A stretch of DNA of 64,000 bases from Marsupella aquatica (Eukaryota > Plantae > Marchantiophyta), in contig OZ316894.1 in the NCBI GenBank assembly GCA_973895155.1, forward strand, positions 11,067,874-11,131,873, given 5' to 3'. Both the position numbers and the translations under genes were made by a program. Under the pieces are notes generated by a model. The model saw only the letters and a program-made list of their open reading frames with translations. It did no database searches and had not been told where the DNA came from. Of the stretch, positions 37,111 to 52,114 are shown piece after piece. Every line of letters begins with the position of its first letter. Position 1 is the first letter of the stretch.

Positions 37111-38047
37111 CCCCTAGCCCCCAAGGAGACACCACTTAACTCATATATGGTTCTGGAGACCTGCCACCCTAGACAAACTTTTCTCCCCTATAATTGGCCC
37201 TCAACTTGTACTCCAACCCGATCACATGGGCACGCAAAACATTTGCTACACCCATAACTTTCTAGTTAGATGCCCATAGGTGAAGTGCCTTAGCCCATTG
37301 TAATCGGACCGACCTGGGGCTCATGCTCAGATCCACAAAACCCATTATATTGTCAATCAAGGGTTCTGGATGGCTCCATCGGCGCCGCATTGTATCTCAT
37401 GTGCCAAATCTCCATTGCGCATGAACTAAACTTCTTTGGCCTTGGGCCCAAGAGTAGCTCTCACTCAAGCCCTCAAGACTTAAAGTTTGCTCGGGGGTTT
37501 GGACACCCCTTCTCATTGGGAGCTTGGCCCTTCACATTGGGAGCTTGGCCCTTCCGATGACCCAACCAGCTCCCAATGCTAGTCTAAGTCCTTACTGTCG
37601 GTGTGTCACCGGCTTAGCGTATTGTCTTTGCTAGTGCAACACTTCAATGCCCACTAGTATCCCCATACTTAGTCCCCACTGGACGTTTGGAGGCCTGAAC
37701 CATAGAGGAGCTCGGCATTAGAGTCAACAAGGTGGGAGCTAAGTGGTATGGTAGTCAAGTTCCGTGACTTGCACGCCCCCCCTCCCCCTTAAAAATGGTC
37801 AATGTCCGCGTGACCCAAGTATACGTTCCAACACACCTAGACCACTTTGGGTCTGAAAAACATTGTGAGGTAACAATTGGTTTGCCTATAAGGATGATGC
37901 AAACCAGGCTGGAGTGCGCATTCCAGACTTAGGAAATTCTAACCTAACTTATCCAAGGAGCTAGTCTGTGCGAGTAACCCAACTGAGTTAGCCGCGCTGG
38001 AGCTAAGTTGTAGGGAGCTAAGTGGTAGGGAGTCAAGTTTTGCGATT
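37111..38047 (-). mobile_element. Degenerate remnant of the 2881-11017 chromovirus family (partial LTR, PPT, 3' UTR)
   Basis: Collinear with about 3747-4560, including the LTR end TTCCGTGACT followed by TGCAC and a C-run at 37760-37790. Confidence 0.85.
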
Positions 38048-40334
38048 GACAACCATAAACAAATTTCTAGAGACTGTTGCCCCAAATATTAGACCAATGT
38101 GGAGTTTGAGAGAAAATATGTTGAATCCATGTGAAGCATCTGCACAATTGCTTGATGCAGTGCCAGCACTACGTTAACGAGGGTTCACTTTCAATTCTAA
38201 AATCTTACTTAAATAAATACATTTGCAAGGGCACCAGTCTGGCGAGCTATCTGCACTAGTTTTCCTCTGTCATCTATATGGTAGGTCACAAGCATTATTA
38301 TGTGATTAATTTTAAAATTGTTTGCTCATTACTCATATACTTCTCAGAAGGTCAAAGTGGTAACCTCAAGTAACCCAGACCAGACCAGACCAGACCAGGA
38401 TGTGGAAGCAATTTAATACCCTAGTAGTAATTAGGTTTGGGCAAGAGAAATTGACAATGGCTCCCATTGCCAAAATGTGATGCTCCCAAATGCATGGCCT
38501 GGAAATATACTCAATCCACCACGGAAAGTGGGAAGGAGAAGAAGTCCCAGACAGGACAGCCTGAAAACTTTCTACTGGGAAAAATGCCCCGGAAACTTGT
38601 TTTCTCATGAAGTAGGCTGCAATTTTCCTCTTCAAGTAGGCTGCAAACACATATTTTGGATAGCTACCAAAAAAATACTGGAATAACTAGACTGATAAAT
38701 ACTTTTGGCTGGGAAAATTCTTTATGGTCACCTGCAAAAGTCTGGAAGCATGCTAAAATAGGATTTGGGGATCGAGGAGTAACTGTCAAACACATTGATG
38801 GACAACATTGGAAGAAATCCCCCAATAAATCCTTCATCAGAACACAATTTTGATTGATCTGACTATTTGTATTACTGCATTGATATGACCTACAATGTCT
38901 AACATGGAAGTTGGTATGATGCACACAAAAGTTGCTTTTGCCTTATGCAAGAAAGATTTTATTCCTGGAAGTTGGCACTTGGTAGTGAGCAAAGTCAATG
39001 TGATCTTTAATCATGACATGATTTTCATAGGAGTTACTTGCATTTTTAGTTGCCATTACTTTCTTGATGGTAGGATCTCATTTTGTGCCCCAGGTTGTTC
39101 AGCCTTTATAGGATTTCTCTCTCCCTTTGTCCAACAATAAGAAAAATCTTCTTTTGCACGGGTCAATCATTTGGCAAGCTTGAGAGTTAGGATGATAAAT
39201 CGTTGATATTGACAAGCTGCATAATTATGAACAAAGATAGGCCTTGGTAAAATATTAGGAGATAAATATTGGGTATAGAGGTCATAGTGGACATGTGTCA
39301 ATACCAGCCTGGTTTACAGATAAATAGGGAGGATTTGAGTTCCAGAAAAATATAATGTACAAAATTGATGACCACTAGGATGACAATTACAATGAATTCC
39401 AAAAGGTCGTTAAGAGGTATTTGTAATCAACTCAATCCCTGATTAGTTGAGATTTATAGTCTACCACTTGTCCAATTGAACACCTAATTTAATTTTAAGT
39501 TATTAAACTTTTTCCATTTTTTCAGAAGGTCATTTTTGGACCAATCAATCTCATCATACTACAGTATATAGTTTGTACATCTTCTTCATAAAGTAAAATA
39601 GTGCATCAATATTAAAAAGAGGGAATATTCTTAGAAAATTAAATTAAAAATATGAATTTATATTGAGTTGTTATGCAAAAGGTATGGCTAGCTTTAGTGA
39701 GTGTTAAGTGTCAACAAAACTTAATGTGTGAGTCATTCCACATATGCCACTTGGGTGCTTTCTCACTTATAAAGCCTCAATCATTGTCAAAAATCACAAA
39801 TGATTACACTTTTGCATCCTAGAGTGAACAGATGCTTGCAATGCAATTTGGCCACCGGACTCAACCATTGGTTGCATCTACATCTCAACTTAGGCACCGA
39901 CCTAAGGTGTTAACTAAGTTGCATGAACTATTGTATAGACATAGAGATACTAAAGTAAAAGTTTTGCATGGAGAATTACCCTTGGAAGTATCATGAATGT
40001 ACTCCTATTTGTCTTTAATGAAATTGTACTAACTACCTTTTAAATGTTTTTCATTTAGAGTCCTCCATGTAATATTTGTCCTCTCATCTATTTATTCCAA
40101 TGTGCAACTCTTCATGGCTCCAACCCGAGCATACATTCCCAATCTTGTGCAACCCTTTCTAATTCAGGGACAACTTTCCTCTACATTGATACAACGCTCA
40201 ATTTTTTGAATGCAAGAAATTGGGAGGCACAATGCTCTATTAATTTGGGTGAAAAATGATTTTCCATTTGAAACACACTTAGAATGAAAATACTTCATGT
40301 TGTGGGTGTTATGGTTCTCCTTCAATCTTAGAGG

Positions 40335-40681
40335 TGTAGAGCAAAGAAGACCTTCAGAATGACAAGCCCAAGAACCATCCAACACACAAGTAGTTGACAA
40401 CGAGAGATACATGGTTCACCTTAACTGCATGAGGCTACGTCCACAGGAACACTCGAGAGCTTTACAACACTCCAGGCCCATTGGCCATACCAAGTCTCGG
40501 CAATACAAGATCTCTCTATCTCTTAACTCACTCCGTAACAATGAGCCTGAGTTACTCTTATCCAAGCAAGCACTGCTTGGGATATAGTGTGTAGCCTAGT
40601 CAACCTAACCTAGTATGTGTCTACACTTAGCCTTAACTACAATTACAGTTGTAACCCTAGACTACGAGTAAATGCCTAACA
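40335..40681 (-). mobile_element. Solo LTR, copia-type
   Basis: TG...CA termini, 5-bp TSD AGAGG on both sides, homologous to 63488-63832. Confidence 0.9.
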
Positions 40682-40742
40682 AGAGGGAGATATAATGTTC
40701 AAAAATTAATCTAAGAAAATTATAAGGAAGGTTCAACATCTT

Positions 40743-40860
40743 TTTATTTCTTTTTCTGCATGAACCCCACAAGGGGGAGGACCAAAGAAGGCCATCAATA
40801 CCAAAAAAGCCCACAAGGACAGTTGAGTAAAGCCCAATTACAACCAGGGGTCTCAAACTC
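40743..40860 (-). mobile_element. Short retroposed insert (5'-truncated non-LTR 3' end)
   Basis: T-rich tail at left; 15-bp TSD AAGGTTCAA(C/A)ATCTT (40728-40742 / 40861-40875). Confidence 0.6.
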
Positions 40861-41261
40861 AAGGTTCAAAATCTTCTACTTCACACTAGGTGACATTCCT
40901 CACATTGGGACAAACTGAAAACCTTAAGAAATAGGCTGGTAGGGACACTAGGGTTGCTTGGTACCAGGCTGGTTGACAGTGGAGCACTCCAGGTGCTAGA
41001 GGGGCTGGGGTTGCAGAAGATGTGGAGGGGCGGCAGGGACTAGAGGCTGCAACAAGTCACCTTCAAACAAAGGGGCCTTGCGAGGCAGTTTTCCCCTGGA
41101 TGTCAAGGGACCCCATCAAGTGTTTTTCTCCTTGCTATTGTTTTGTCCTTTCGGTCTGGGAAGGCTTTAGGTCAAACTTGGTGACACATCTTAAACTGTT
41201 ACGGTCACCAAAGCTGTTACATGACAAAGTAATCACTAGTTGCCAACCACACTTATTTCTT

Positions 41262-42470
41262 ACTTGACTAATTATATATGGTAATCTAGATCACCAAGTT
41301 TTGCTTTAGGAATATTGGCAGTTTAAGCCACCACTGGCCCGCTATGGAAGGACAACAATGACAATTCTTTTCCATTGCTAACAACATTATTGACTAATGA
41401 TTGTAATATACGTCCACCAAGTTTTGCTTAGGGTACATGTAGAGTGAAAATTGTCTTATTTTCAAGCCGTCGAAGTAGACTGTAAAAGGGGAAACATTTT
41501 TGTCTGGTGTGGACCAATCCTACATGGCAAGCATTTGGCCCAAGTAACTGAAGTGGAGCGCTTATTTGCCTATGAGTTTAGACCACCACCTCCTGCGGTT
41601 CATCACAAACAATTCCAAACTTTGGCTCCTTCATTCAAGGGATTTGCATTTATTGAACTTCGTTCAAAATATCTTTGGTAAGGAGTCTATGTTTAGATTA
41701 AGAAGCGGCCCCACATGTTGCTCCACATGTTGCTTGGTGAAAAAAGTCCCCAAGAGTCTTGTAAAGACACCTTCAGGAGATAATGACAATTGTAATCACC
41801 AGTGTCCCTCAAGTTGTGGGAGGACAAGATAGACACTTTTTGCCCACCGTTAACTTTGTTAAGAACTTTATTGACTAATTATTGTAACCTAGAAGCATCA
41901 TTAGGGGCCGATTTTGGAGTTGAAGCCACCACTTTCCCTCTAGATATGGGAGGACGGAACAATCACTTTTTGCCCATTGTTTAGAACTTTATTGACTAAT
42001 TATTGTAACCTAGATCCACCAGGTTTTGCTGGGATAACAATAGCAGGTCAAACCACCATGGTCCCTAAAGCTATGGGGGGACAAAACACTCACTTTTGTC
42101 CACCTTTTTAATTTGGTAAGAACTTTATTGACTAGTTATTTTAACATAGATCCGCCAGGTTTTGCTTGGATGAAAATGGCACTTCAAACCACCATGGTCC
42201 ATGAAGCTCTTGAGACATCCATTTTTAGCCCACTTTTGTTGTTGTGAAGAACTTCTATTGACTAATTAGTGTTACCTAGATCCACCAAGTCTAGGAGACA
42301 CTGACAGTTCAAACCTCCACTATCCCTGACGCTGTTAGAGGGACCAGCTAAACACTTTTTGCACCCTTTTTACTTTGTCAAGAACTTCATTGACCAATGG
42401 GCTTCTTGTCCACTTTCTACTTTGTGAAGAACTTTATTGACTAATTAGGGTGACTTGGATCCACCAGGAG
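41262..42470. repeat. Degenerate tandem array, unit about 120-135 bp
   Basis: Core GAACTTTATTGACTAATTA..GTAACCTAGATCCACC recurs near 41264, 41390, 41863, 41983, 42120, 42249, 42381 and 42429. Confidence 0.8.
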
Positions 42471-45400
42471 TTGAACCTGGGCAATGACGGTTTATCATCA
42501 AGCCCACACAAATTACATCACATTACCCTATACATACCTACACTGCTAAGGGCCAACTCGCATGTCCAGACCTTTCAGAATGTCGCCCTTACCACTTGCG
42601 TCAACTCAACATTTGTAACTTATATGTGTTGTGTTTGCCAAGGGGCTCGTGTCCCTGCTGTGTGGTATGTGCAGCATATTATACAAGGCTGCACAAAAAT
42701 GTGAACCTTAAAATTTTGATTTATTCTCTAAATAAAGGTCAAGACTGCAAGGGCTTACCCTTGCTCGTGTGCCCATAAGACCTGCCGTCAGGCCTGTCTA
42801 ACAAATGGGATACGACATGGCAGTATTATCAACTCTAAGAATGACATGTAGCAGTTTAAGGGCAGCTTTCTGAAGGGCCAATAGCATGCAAGTTGGCCCT
42901 AAGTCTTGCAACTTTATCATGCATTAAAAACCCAAAATGAAAATAGTTTCCAATTAGTACTTCAGAGTTGTAGGTGCATCCTCGAGATTTAGTGGAAGAT
43001 GGCTGATCATATATAAAAGTTTCATGGAGAGGAATGCTATTGATCTTTGTGAACCAGAACATGGATGCCAACAGCATGCTTTTCAATTTTGGAAGATTCA
43101 CTCAATTTTCACTTGAAGGTAAATTCGTAGTCTCACTGCTTTTATTCATAGCTTGTGTCCACAGGAATCAAACAACTTTTAGGGATATGTGCACAAATGG
43201 ATGTGCATATGGATCATTTTGGCCCTTGTTGCAAGGATTGATATCTTTCCCATTAGCGAATCAGACCTTCTGGATTTAAATGATTGTGTTTCTTTAGTAC
43301 GTTAGTTGTTGATAAGGAGGATCTTTGGGCTTTGTTTTTTTATCGTCACTCGTAGTACCTATGTCACATGGCCTCCTCATTGCTTGGTTCAGGATAAATT
43401 TTGTTTTAATAGGAAGCTATATTAACCACTAATACAGCAGGCTCATCGTGGATCATGATTAATAATTTTGTCCTGTAGCAAAGTAAAAGTTAGGGCAATC
43501 TAGTGTCACCTAAGTAAGGTCTTGACCAATACGTTTCACTGCATCGTATGTATGAACATATACATATAGATACATAAGGCAAGTATGTGGTATCTTAGTA
43601 TATACACTAATTCAGTTAATCCTTGAGGTTGTACTTGATTTTCTTTTTACTTGTTGGGTGCTTGTCCTCTTTGGCCCTCTTTTTCTTCCACTTCGTGTAC
43701 TTTGGTTTTTCCTGTTTTATAAAATTTGGTGAAATGTTTTATAAATTTTGGTAAAAGTTCTTCTTGAGGTTAGCTCGGACTTGACACACTTTTGAATGAA
43801 AATCAATTGGCTGTAAGAATTGAAGTGTCATGGGGCTGGTTCTAGGGGCCTGTTAAGTCCAGCTTTGTCTAGAAAGGGCTGTTAAGTCTTATCATATTTC
43901 TCTTAGACATTTACTCTTGGGTCCGGAGTTATTATGTAACCACAATTAGCTAATCATAGTTAAGTACTTGGTGAAGGTTAGATGTACTATATTCACTAGC
44001 AGAACTTAGCTATAGAGTATAACTTAGGCTCATTGTTTATGGAGCCATAAGAGATAGGGGGCACATAGGGACAACTTAGAGTTTGTGGAGACATGGTCGA
44101 CTGGCTCAAAGTTCAATAAAGAACTCTTGTGTGTTCTAATAGACGTAGCCTTTCAAGAGAACCACATATATCTTCTGTCAATTATTTGTGGATCATTAGA
44201 TGTTACACATGTGCATGTCATCTTGAGTAGTACGTGGTTGTTTACTCAACAATCCCCGCAAGAAGCCATGCTTATGTGGTACGACTCTTTTGGCTTCATT
44301 CTATGGGTGAGAGCAACTTCAAAAGGCTCTGTCAATTATGAAGCTCCTATATCCTATATGCTGAATCCACCTTTCAAATTTGAATTAACTTTTGAACCCC
44401 TTCAAATTTTACTGAACTTTTCTGAACTTAAAGTATTTTGAATGTATTTGGCTCCCCTAAAAAAATGCTTAATCTTTCATTTAGAATCACTCCTTAGTGA
44501 ATTCTCTTTTTTTCTCAGGAGAGTGAGAGAAATGAATTTGAACAATGTGCACATCTAGTGTACTAAGTTCCCTTTGTGGTTTCCTTCACAAAATTTATGG
44601 TTTTAATTGAGTTGATTGTCATTACCTAGAAGCAAGTGAAAATCTGTACTGTATGTGCACAACTCTTCATTACCTTTTTACTTTCTTGGTCAAAATATGC
44701 TTTTCTTTCCATGTGTACTTATGGTTTTGTGTGTTATGTCACTCACTCTTAATTAAGATACATTAATTTCTTGGTATATAGTTTACATGTACCTACTTCT
44801 TTTATCATAAGTTTTTGAGCACACTGTTGCATTTAGACCATTGAGAAAATTTAGAAGTATGATTTTTGCAGAAGAAAGCAAGTGTTTGCATATTGGTATC
44901 ATTAGAGCATGAGTAAACATTGGGAAATAAAAGCATTGGAAAGGAAAACCCCAAGCAGCACGTGGCGCATTGCAAAAGCCCAATGCAACCATGTAAGTTA
45001 GTCACGTTCTCAAGTGTCATATAGATTTCCAATTATGACTCGGGCAAGGTTGAGGTACAGAGACAGGAGCACCTATATTGGCATGCATGGACCAAAATGG
45101 TTTCATGGGTACTCATAGCTTGGATGTCCGTTGGATGAACCCAAGAGTACAAATGCATCCGGGCTACTTGAGTGCTTGTCCAAGCCTGTCAATTTGTGCA
45201 ATCGGGCGTAAGGTTGGAGACCAAACATAGTGGATCAAAGTTGGCTAGGGGATGGCAGGTGCAAAGTATATATGAGGTGAGTGGTGTCTACTCAAGTGGC
45301 TCAGGGGCAAGCCCAACTAAGGTAGGGTCTCTCAAGAATAGGGTCTCTCAAGGGTGTTGTTCTCCATTAGTGTTTATCAGCCATAATGAGGAATTTCCTT

Positions 45401-46553
45401 CCACAACTGGTCAAAACTCAACTCTTGGGCAAACTTAACATGCCTTGGGGGGGGGGGGGGGTTTCAGTCCAGTTTTTTTGTTTGAGACAGGTCACAACAC
45501 TTGTTTGCAAGTTATCTAAGCATCATCAAATTTTGAAATCTAGTCATTTTTTAAGGGTGGTGGAGATTGTTGAAGAGTGATGATGCACTTGTATGGCCGA
45601 ATTTTTTGGTGCAAATGCTGGCGCACTAATTTCCCAAGTTAGTGGCCGTATAGATTTTTAAAAACCACACAATGTTTCCTGCAATGGGGCCTGCAACATT
45701 CCAATTGCGTAAAACATCCACAAAATACAAAGTTTGAGACAGCCTTATGTGATTGATTCTCATCCACCAGAATTCAGAGAAAGGAAAGGATGCGGCTCTC
45801 TCAATGTAGTGCCAAATGTACAATGTAGGGAGAACTTGATGACAGAGTATCACCAGTAAACAATTCACCCATATTCTGATTTGGTGGATTGTTGCGGTTT
45901 TTATTAATATTCCAATTTAAGTCACATCGCATTATCCAATCCCCAAACAATCAAATTAATGTGATTGGACCGAGATTGGACTTGTCCAATTGATCTAGTA
46001 TTGGAAGACGCATTTTGATTCAAAAGAAATGGCAAAAATGTTCTGATCATTTGAGAATGGCATAACCATTTCCAAGTATTTCCAGATCGGGAATAATTGT
46101 GCTATCGTGCTACTATTGGCCAAGGGGTCCCAATTAGAATCAAATTGGAAAATCATGAAAAAGTGAGCTTTCAAGAATTTACCCCAATGTGTAGGATCGA
46201 AACGGACAGCATGACGTCTCATAATCGTCAGTCATACAACACTCCGGTACACCGACACAAAGATACGTGGTTCACCCCATCTGGGCTACGTCCACGGCCG
46301 CACCAAGAGCTTCACTATGAACATGAAAAGTACATATCACCATAGCTCCATGGTCCAAGCTCTCTCTCTCTCTCTCTTTCTCACAAAGTTCTCAACTAAG
46401 TGTTCTCTCTCCATGGGACACCAAGAGGGTTATCCCTTCATGAAGAGTCTAGTCAACTAATATTAACTCTGGTTAACTAACTCTAGTTAACCTAGCCAAG
46501 GTTGAGTCAAAACCCTAACAAACTCCCCCTTGACTCTAGCCTTGAGCTAGCTG

Positions 46554-49500
46554 CTATCCTTCTGAAGCTAAGATCTGCAGTGAATTGCAATGTCTTGCAA
46601 AATCACCATGAGGGATAACCTTGGTTAACATGTCAGCTGGATTGAGTTTACCATCAATCTTGACTAGCTCAACCTTTCCTGCTGACACTGCCTCTCTGAT
46701 GAAGTGATACCGAATATCAATGTGTTTAACTCTGCCATGTGTCATTTGGTTGGCAGCAATGTGTAAAGCACTATTGTTATCACAATGGAGAAGCACAATG
46801 CGTTGTGTAATCCCTAAATCCTTCACCAAGTTGCTTAACCAAATTGCCTCCTTAGTTGCTTCAGCTGCTACCACATATTCAGCTTCAGTAGAAGACTGAG
46901 ATATGCATTTCTGCTTTGTGGACCTCCAACTCACACATCCACCCGCAAGAGTGAAAGTGTATCTTGAGGTGGACTTCTTCTGGTCCAAATCTCCTCCATA
47001 GTCAGAGTCCACATAGCCAATCAATGATTCTGCATCTTCACTGTGTGCATCAAACAACAGTCCAACAGTAGAGGTTCCCTGCAGATAACGTAGTATCCAC
47101 TTCACTGCTTCCCAATGTATATTTCCTAGATTAGCCATGTATCTGCTCACCAATCCAACAACATGTGCTATATCGGGCCTAGTATAAACCATAAGATACA
47201 TTAAACTGCCCACAGCACTATCATAGGAAACCTTAGACATATGACCTCTCTCAATTGCATCTGTGGGGCAGGATGCAGCTGAAAGCTTAAAATGTGACGC
47301 CAAAGGAGTACTCACAGACTTGGCGCTTGCCATATTGAACTTGGCAAGAACCTTATTAGTGTACTTACTTTGTGTCAACCACAATTTGCCATTTTGCCTA
47401 TCCCTATGAATCTCCATGCCCAATATGCACTTAGCAGCACCCAAATCTTTCATACTAAACTCAGAGCTCAATTGAGCTTTCAGCTTAGTAATGTCAGATT
47501 TATTCTTTGCTACTATGAGCATATCATCCACATAAAGAGCTAGCAAGATAAAACCAAAAGTTTTATCATTCACTCTCTTCATGTATAGACATCAGTCATG
47601 CACACTTTGAATAAATCCAAGTGACAATAGAAAGTCTTTGAACCTCTTATTCCACTATCTTGGACTCTGTTTCAATCCATACAAGGATTTTAACAGCTTG
47701 CATACCAGATGCTCCTTGCCTCTTTTGACATATCCTTCAGGCTGTCTCATGAAGATCACCTCTTCCAGCAAACCATATAGGAAAGCTGTAACAACATCCA
47801 TCTGTTCCAAGCAGAGATAAAAAATAACCATAAGTGCCATGAGTAAGCGAAGGGTAGCTTGTGTGATCATTGGAGAGAAGACATCACTATAGTCCACACC
47901 TTTGCGTTGTGTAAAACCCTTGGCAACCAGCCTTGCCTTGTAAATCTTCTCCTCATGATCACTACCTTCTTTTTTCACCTTATACACCCACTTGCAATCA
48001 ATTGCTTGCTTTCCTTGAGGCAGCTCTTCTAGTTGTCACGTCTTGTTGTCATAGAGTGACTTCATTTCCTTATTCATGGTGGCAATCCATTCTGGCTTCT
48101 CAAGGGAAGCCATGGCCTCTGAATAAGTGGACGGTTCTCCATCCTCAATGATCAACACATTCCCAGAATCGTCAGCATCTTCATCATCAATATCTATGTG
48201 ATCAGATGGAAACCAAGTTCCAAATTGTGTAGGCTCCTTGTGAGGTCTTGATGAAGATCTCCTTGATGATTTTGGCACTTCAGCAATTGGTTCTGATGTT
48301 GCTGGTACTGGTGTTGGCGCTGACACTGGTTCATGAGCATATTCATGCTCAATCCTGTCAACATTTGGAGTTTCCACCATTTTCTCCCCCTCTTTCAATG
48401 AGGAAACCTCATTGAATGAGACATCGATGCCGACTACCAGCTTTTGTGCCAAAGGGTCCCATAGGCGATACCCTTTCACTCCTTTCTCATAACCAAGAAA
48501 TATGCACTGCACAGACTTTGGATCAAGTTTAGTGCGTGATATTGGAGGCAAGAGAGCATATGCCTCATAACCAAACACACGTAGTTTGGTATAATCAGCA
48601 GGTCTTTGGTGCCACATCTCAAAAGGAGTCTTACAACCAATGCTGCTAACTGGAGATAAAGTTAGCAAATAAGCTATCGTATTAACAGCTTCAGCCTAGA
48701 AGATCTATGGAAGATCTGCTTGACTTAACATACTCCGCGAGTGCTCCAACAAGGTTTTGTTGAGCCATTCTACAACACCATTTTGTTGTGGAGTATACAC
48801 ATTGGTCAAATGTCGAGTAATGCCTTCATGCTCACAATAGAGGTTGAACTCGTTGGAAATATACTCACCACCATTGTCTGAGCGGAGATACTTCACCTTC
48901 TTTCTCGTTTGTGTCTCAACCTGTGTTTTCCACAGTTTCTTGAAGATTGGAAATACCTCTGACTTCTCACGCATGAAATAAATCCAAATCATGTGTGAAT
49001 AGTCATCAATAAATGAGACATAGTATTTCATGCCTGAAATGGAAAAAACTGGGGATTCCCACACATCAGAATGAATATAATCGAGTATATCTTTGGAGGT
49101 ATGATGAACAATGTTAAAACTTACACGATGCATGCTGCTTGCCAAGAATACAATGCTGGCAAAATTCCAGCTTGCAAGACTTTGCACCGGGCAAGAGTTT
49201 CTGCTTACATAGCATCGCCAATCCTTGTTCACTCATGTGACCTAGTCGTGCATGCCACAAGCGTATCTGGTCCTCCTCTGATGAAACCACATTAACATTG
49301 CCAAGGATGGTGTCTCCATCCAAGATATATAAATTTCCCTTCTTTTGGGCTTTCATGACATTGAGAGATCCCTTCTTCACTTGCAAAATGCCATCAACTG
49401 TACTCCACTAACATCTAATAGTGTCCAAAGCTCCAAGAGAAATCAAATTCCTTTTGAGATGAGGAATATGTTTGACATTTGTTAACATTCAAAGAACGCC

Positions 49501-50481
49501 ATCAGACATCTGAATTTTTACTGTACCCGTGTCAATTATCTAGCAGGGTTGATCATTCCCCATCAAGACACTTCCGGTAGTGGATTCATAGGAATGAAAA
49601 AAAGCTCTTGTCGGAGTCATGTGATAAGAACAAGCAGAATCCAAAATCCAATCAAGTTCATGCACGATAGAAGAATCGGTGCACAAAGCAAATCCTTCAT
49701 CATCAGACACAGCCAAACTAGCCTGATAAAAAGCAATCTTTGGTTTGTTTTTGCAATTCCTTTTGATGTGGCCTATCTTGCCACAATTCCAATACTCCAC
49801 ACCTTTTGAATCCAAAATCTTGGATCGAGAGCGTTGAGGAATTGATATTTTTGGTTTAAATTGACTCTTTGTTACTGATAAAGTAGAAGAGGAAGCATGA
49901 GAGGTTACATGCATTTTCTTCCTACTATCATCCGTAAGAAGAGTGCTCACCGTCTCATCATAGGAAATCTGATCCTTACCATAGAGTATGGTCTGAGTCA
50001 AATGCTCGTACGATTTGGACAAGGAGATAAGAAGAAACAAAGCTTTCTTCTCGTCTTCAACTTTTTTATCGAGAGTGGCCAACTCGGACACTATCAAGTT
50101 AAAGGTATCAATATGATCGGCAAGTTTTGTACCTTCCATCATGTGCAGTGTCATCAACTTCAAAGTAGTGTATAAGAGAGTTGCCAAGAATTTCTTTTGG
50201 TACATCTGTTTGAGTCGTTCCCACAGCTTTGTCGGTGAATCCTCAGTCAACACTTGGAGTAGAACATCAGATGCCAAGTGCAACCGGATTAAGCTGAGAG
50301 CTCGTGCACAGATGTCCTCCCAATCCTCCTCAAACATTGCCGATGGTTGACTTTTCAATGCTGCGCCCAAACCTTGCGAAACTAACACGTCTTGCATTTG
50401 AACTTGCCATAGCGTAAAATTATTGTGGCCGGTAAACTTCTCCACCTCATATTTGGCACTAGTAACTTTTGATGGAGCCAT
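46554..50481 (-). pseudogene. copia gag-PR-INT-RT-RH polyprotein with stops and frameshifts
   Basis: KYEVEKFTGHNNFTLW; WNCGKIGHIKRNC; WILDSACSYHM; LWHARLGHMSE; RSDNGGEY; [10 protein letters not shown]; LYVDDML; SSTEAEY; KHIDIRYHFIRE. Confidence 0.95.
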
Positions 50482-51785
50482 TGTACACCCCTAGGACCTT
50501 GAAGTGCCAAAAATCACTTTGCAGCTTCTCAATTTCACGCAAATTTGCACAACAGCACATGGCAGCACGACAACATCAACCACAAAATGACAAAAAATGA
50601 AAGTTGCTGAAATTGAAATCCAAGAGCACTCCTGGGTACCCTAGAAGGTATCGGATTTTGTCCCAAAATCCGTTTGGCAAAAACATCTCAGTTGAGATAT
50701 TTTTACCGCCGAGTAAGAGGGGGTCAAAACATCAAAATTGGACCCCCGAGGAGAATCAATTCACTCAAATCCGCAAGAAAAGTCGGTTTGACAAATAGTT
50801 TGCACAAGCCCCTACTCAACTCCCTCAAGTATGCCCTTGCAAAATATTGTGTTGATACAACATCGAATGATTTGCCGAAATTTTGATTCCGTCGCAAAAA
50901 TGAGCTTGCTGGAAAAGTATATTTTCCTTAAATTCCTGCAACCCTTGTACAGGCCTTGTGGGAAATTTTTCAGAGCTGCCCAAGGGCTGCCACGTGCCCT
51001 CTTGGCCCCCTCGAACCCCCTATCACCCCCCTTGACCCTTTTTTCGCGTCTGCGCGCCATCCCGGGCGAGTAAATACTCGTGACAGACTTTTCCCCCGGT
51101 GGGATATCTAAGATATCTTTTTGGGGTTTTAACAAAAAGAAAAACTGATTTCAGATTCTGAAACTAGACTTCAAGGCGCTTCAAATCGATATAAAGAACT
51201 CTGAAAACGGTGAAGAATTGAGGGAGATAGAATTCAATTAAGATCACTGATTTTGACCTAGCCACCATAGCCGGGAATTTCGAGCTCAACTCAATCCAAG
51301 AGTTCTTCGTGACAACTCAATGAAACACATTGATTTCTTCACCACCACATTCCATAGCAACACCACTCGCACCAACTTTCCTTCAACGATCATGAATGTC
51401 TTACAAGAAACCAAAATCATATCACGGAAGCCACGTTCCCCTCGGTAATCAAGTCGAGACCTCAAAAACCGTCAAAAAACCGTCTTATATAAAGATTAAA
51501 ATTGCTCAGCCATATGTGAACAATCTCTCGACTAAACATGCAAGTTTCTACTCCATAAACCTCCTTATCCGATCACCACTTTGTATGTCAACGTTCACAC
51601 TTCCATCGTGCCCCCAAAAATTGTCAATCAATCACAATAAACCGTTAAGACATCAGTTGATCCCGAACCGAAGCTCTGATACCAATTGTAGGATCGAAAC
51701 GGACAGCATGACGTCTCATAATCGTCAGTCATAGAACACTCCGGTACACCGACACAAAAATACATGGTTCACCCCATCTGGGCTA

Positions 51786-52114
51786 TGTCACACCATTTAG
51801 AGTGGTAGTAAAGTATATCGTACTATCTAGGTATAGAGGTTTTGTATGTGTGCTACATGAGCACTATGTTTAGTTTGAGTTGGTGTGAGGGATAGTTATC
51901 CCCTTGTGTTGGCTCAAAGGCCTCATCTTTCAATGTTGAGCCTTTGAGCATGAGCTTGGTGGCTATGGTGTAGCTGACCAGGTTGTGTACATGTAACGTG
52001 GATTCCTTGAAGCACAAGGTGCGTTGGGCTTGACATACATGTGTGATCGCGTCGGATGGGATCGTTGTTGGATTAGCATCGATCGTTGTTTGATTTGCAC
52101 TATTGAAGAAGATT
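51786..52114 (+). repeat. Terminal repeat A1 (329 bp)
   Basis: Near-identical to 60699-61027. Confidence 0.92.

Noticed and set aside
31300-45800. Short ORFs that might be exons of a host gene or decayed transposases (e.g. 31962-32171, 38366-38924, 42856-43280)
   Set aside because: No family motif was recognised and no consistent exon chain could be built by eye
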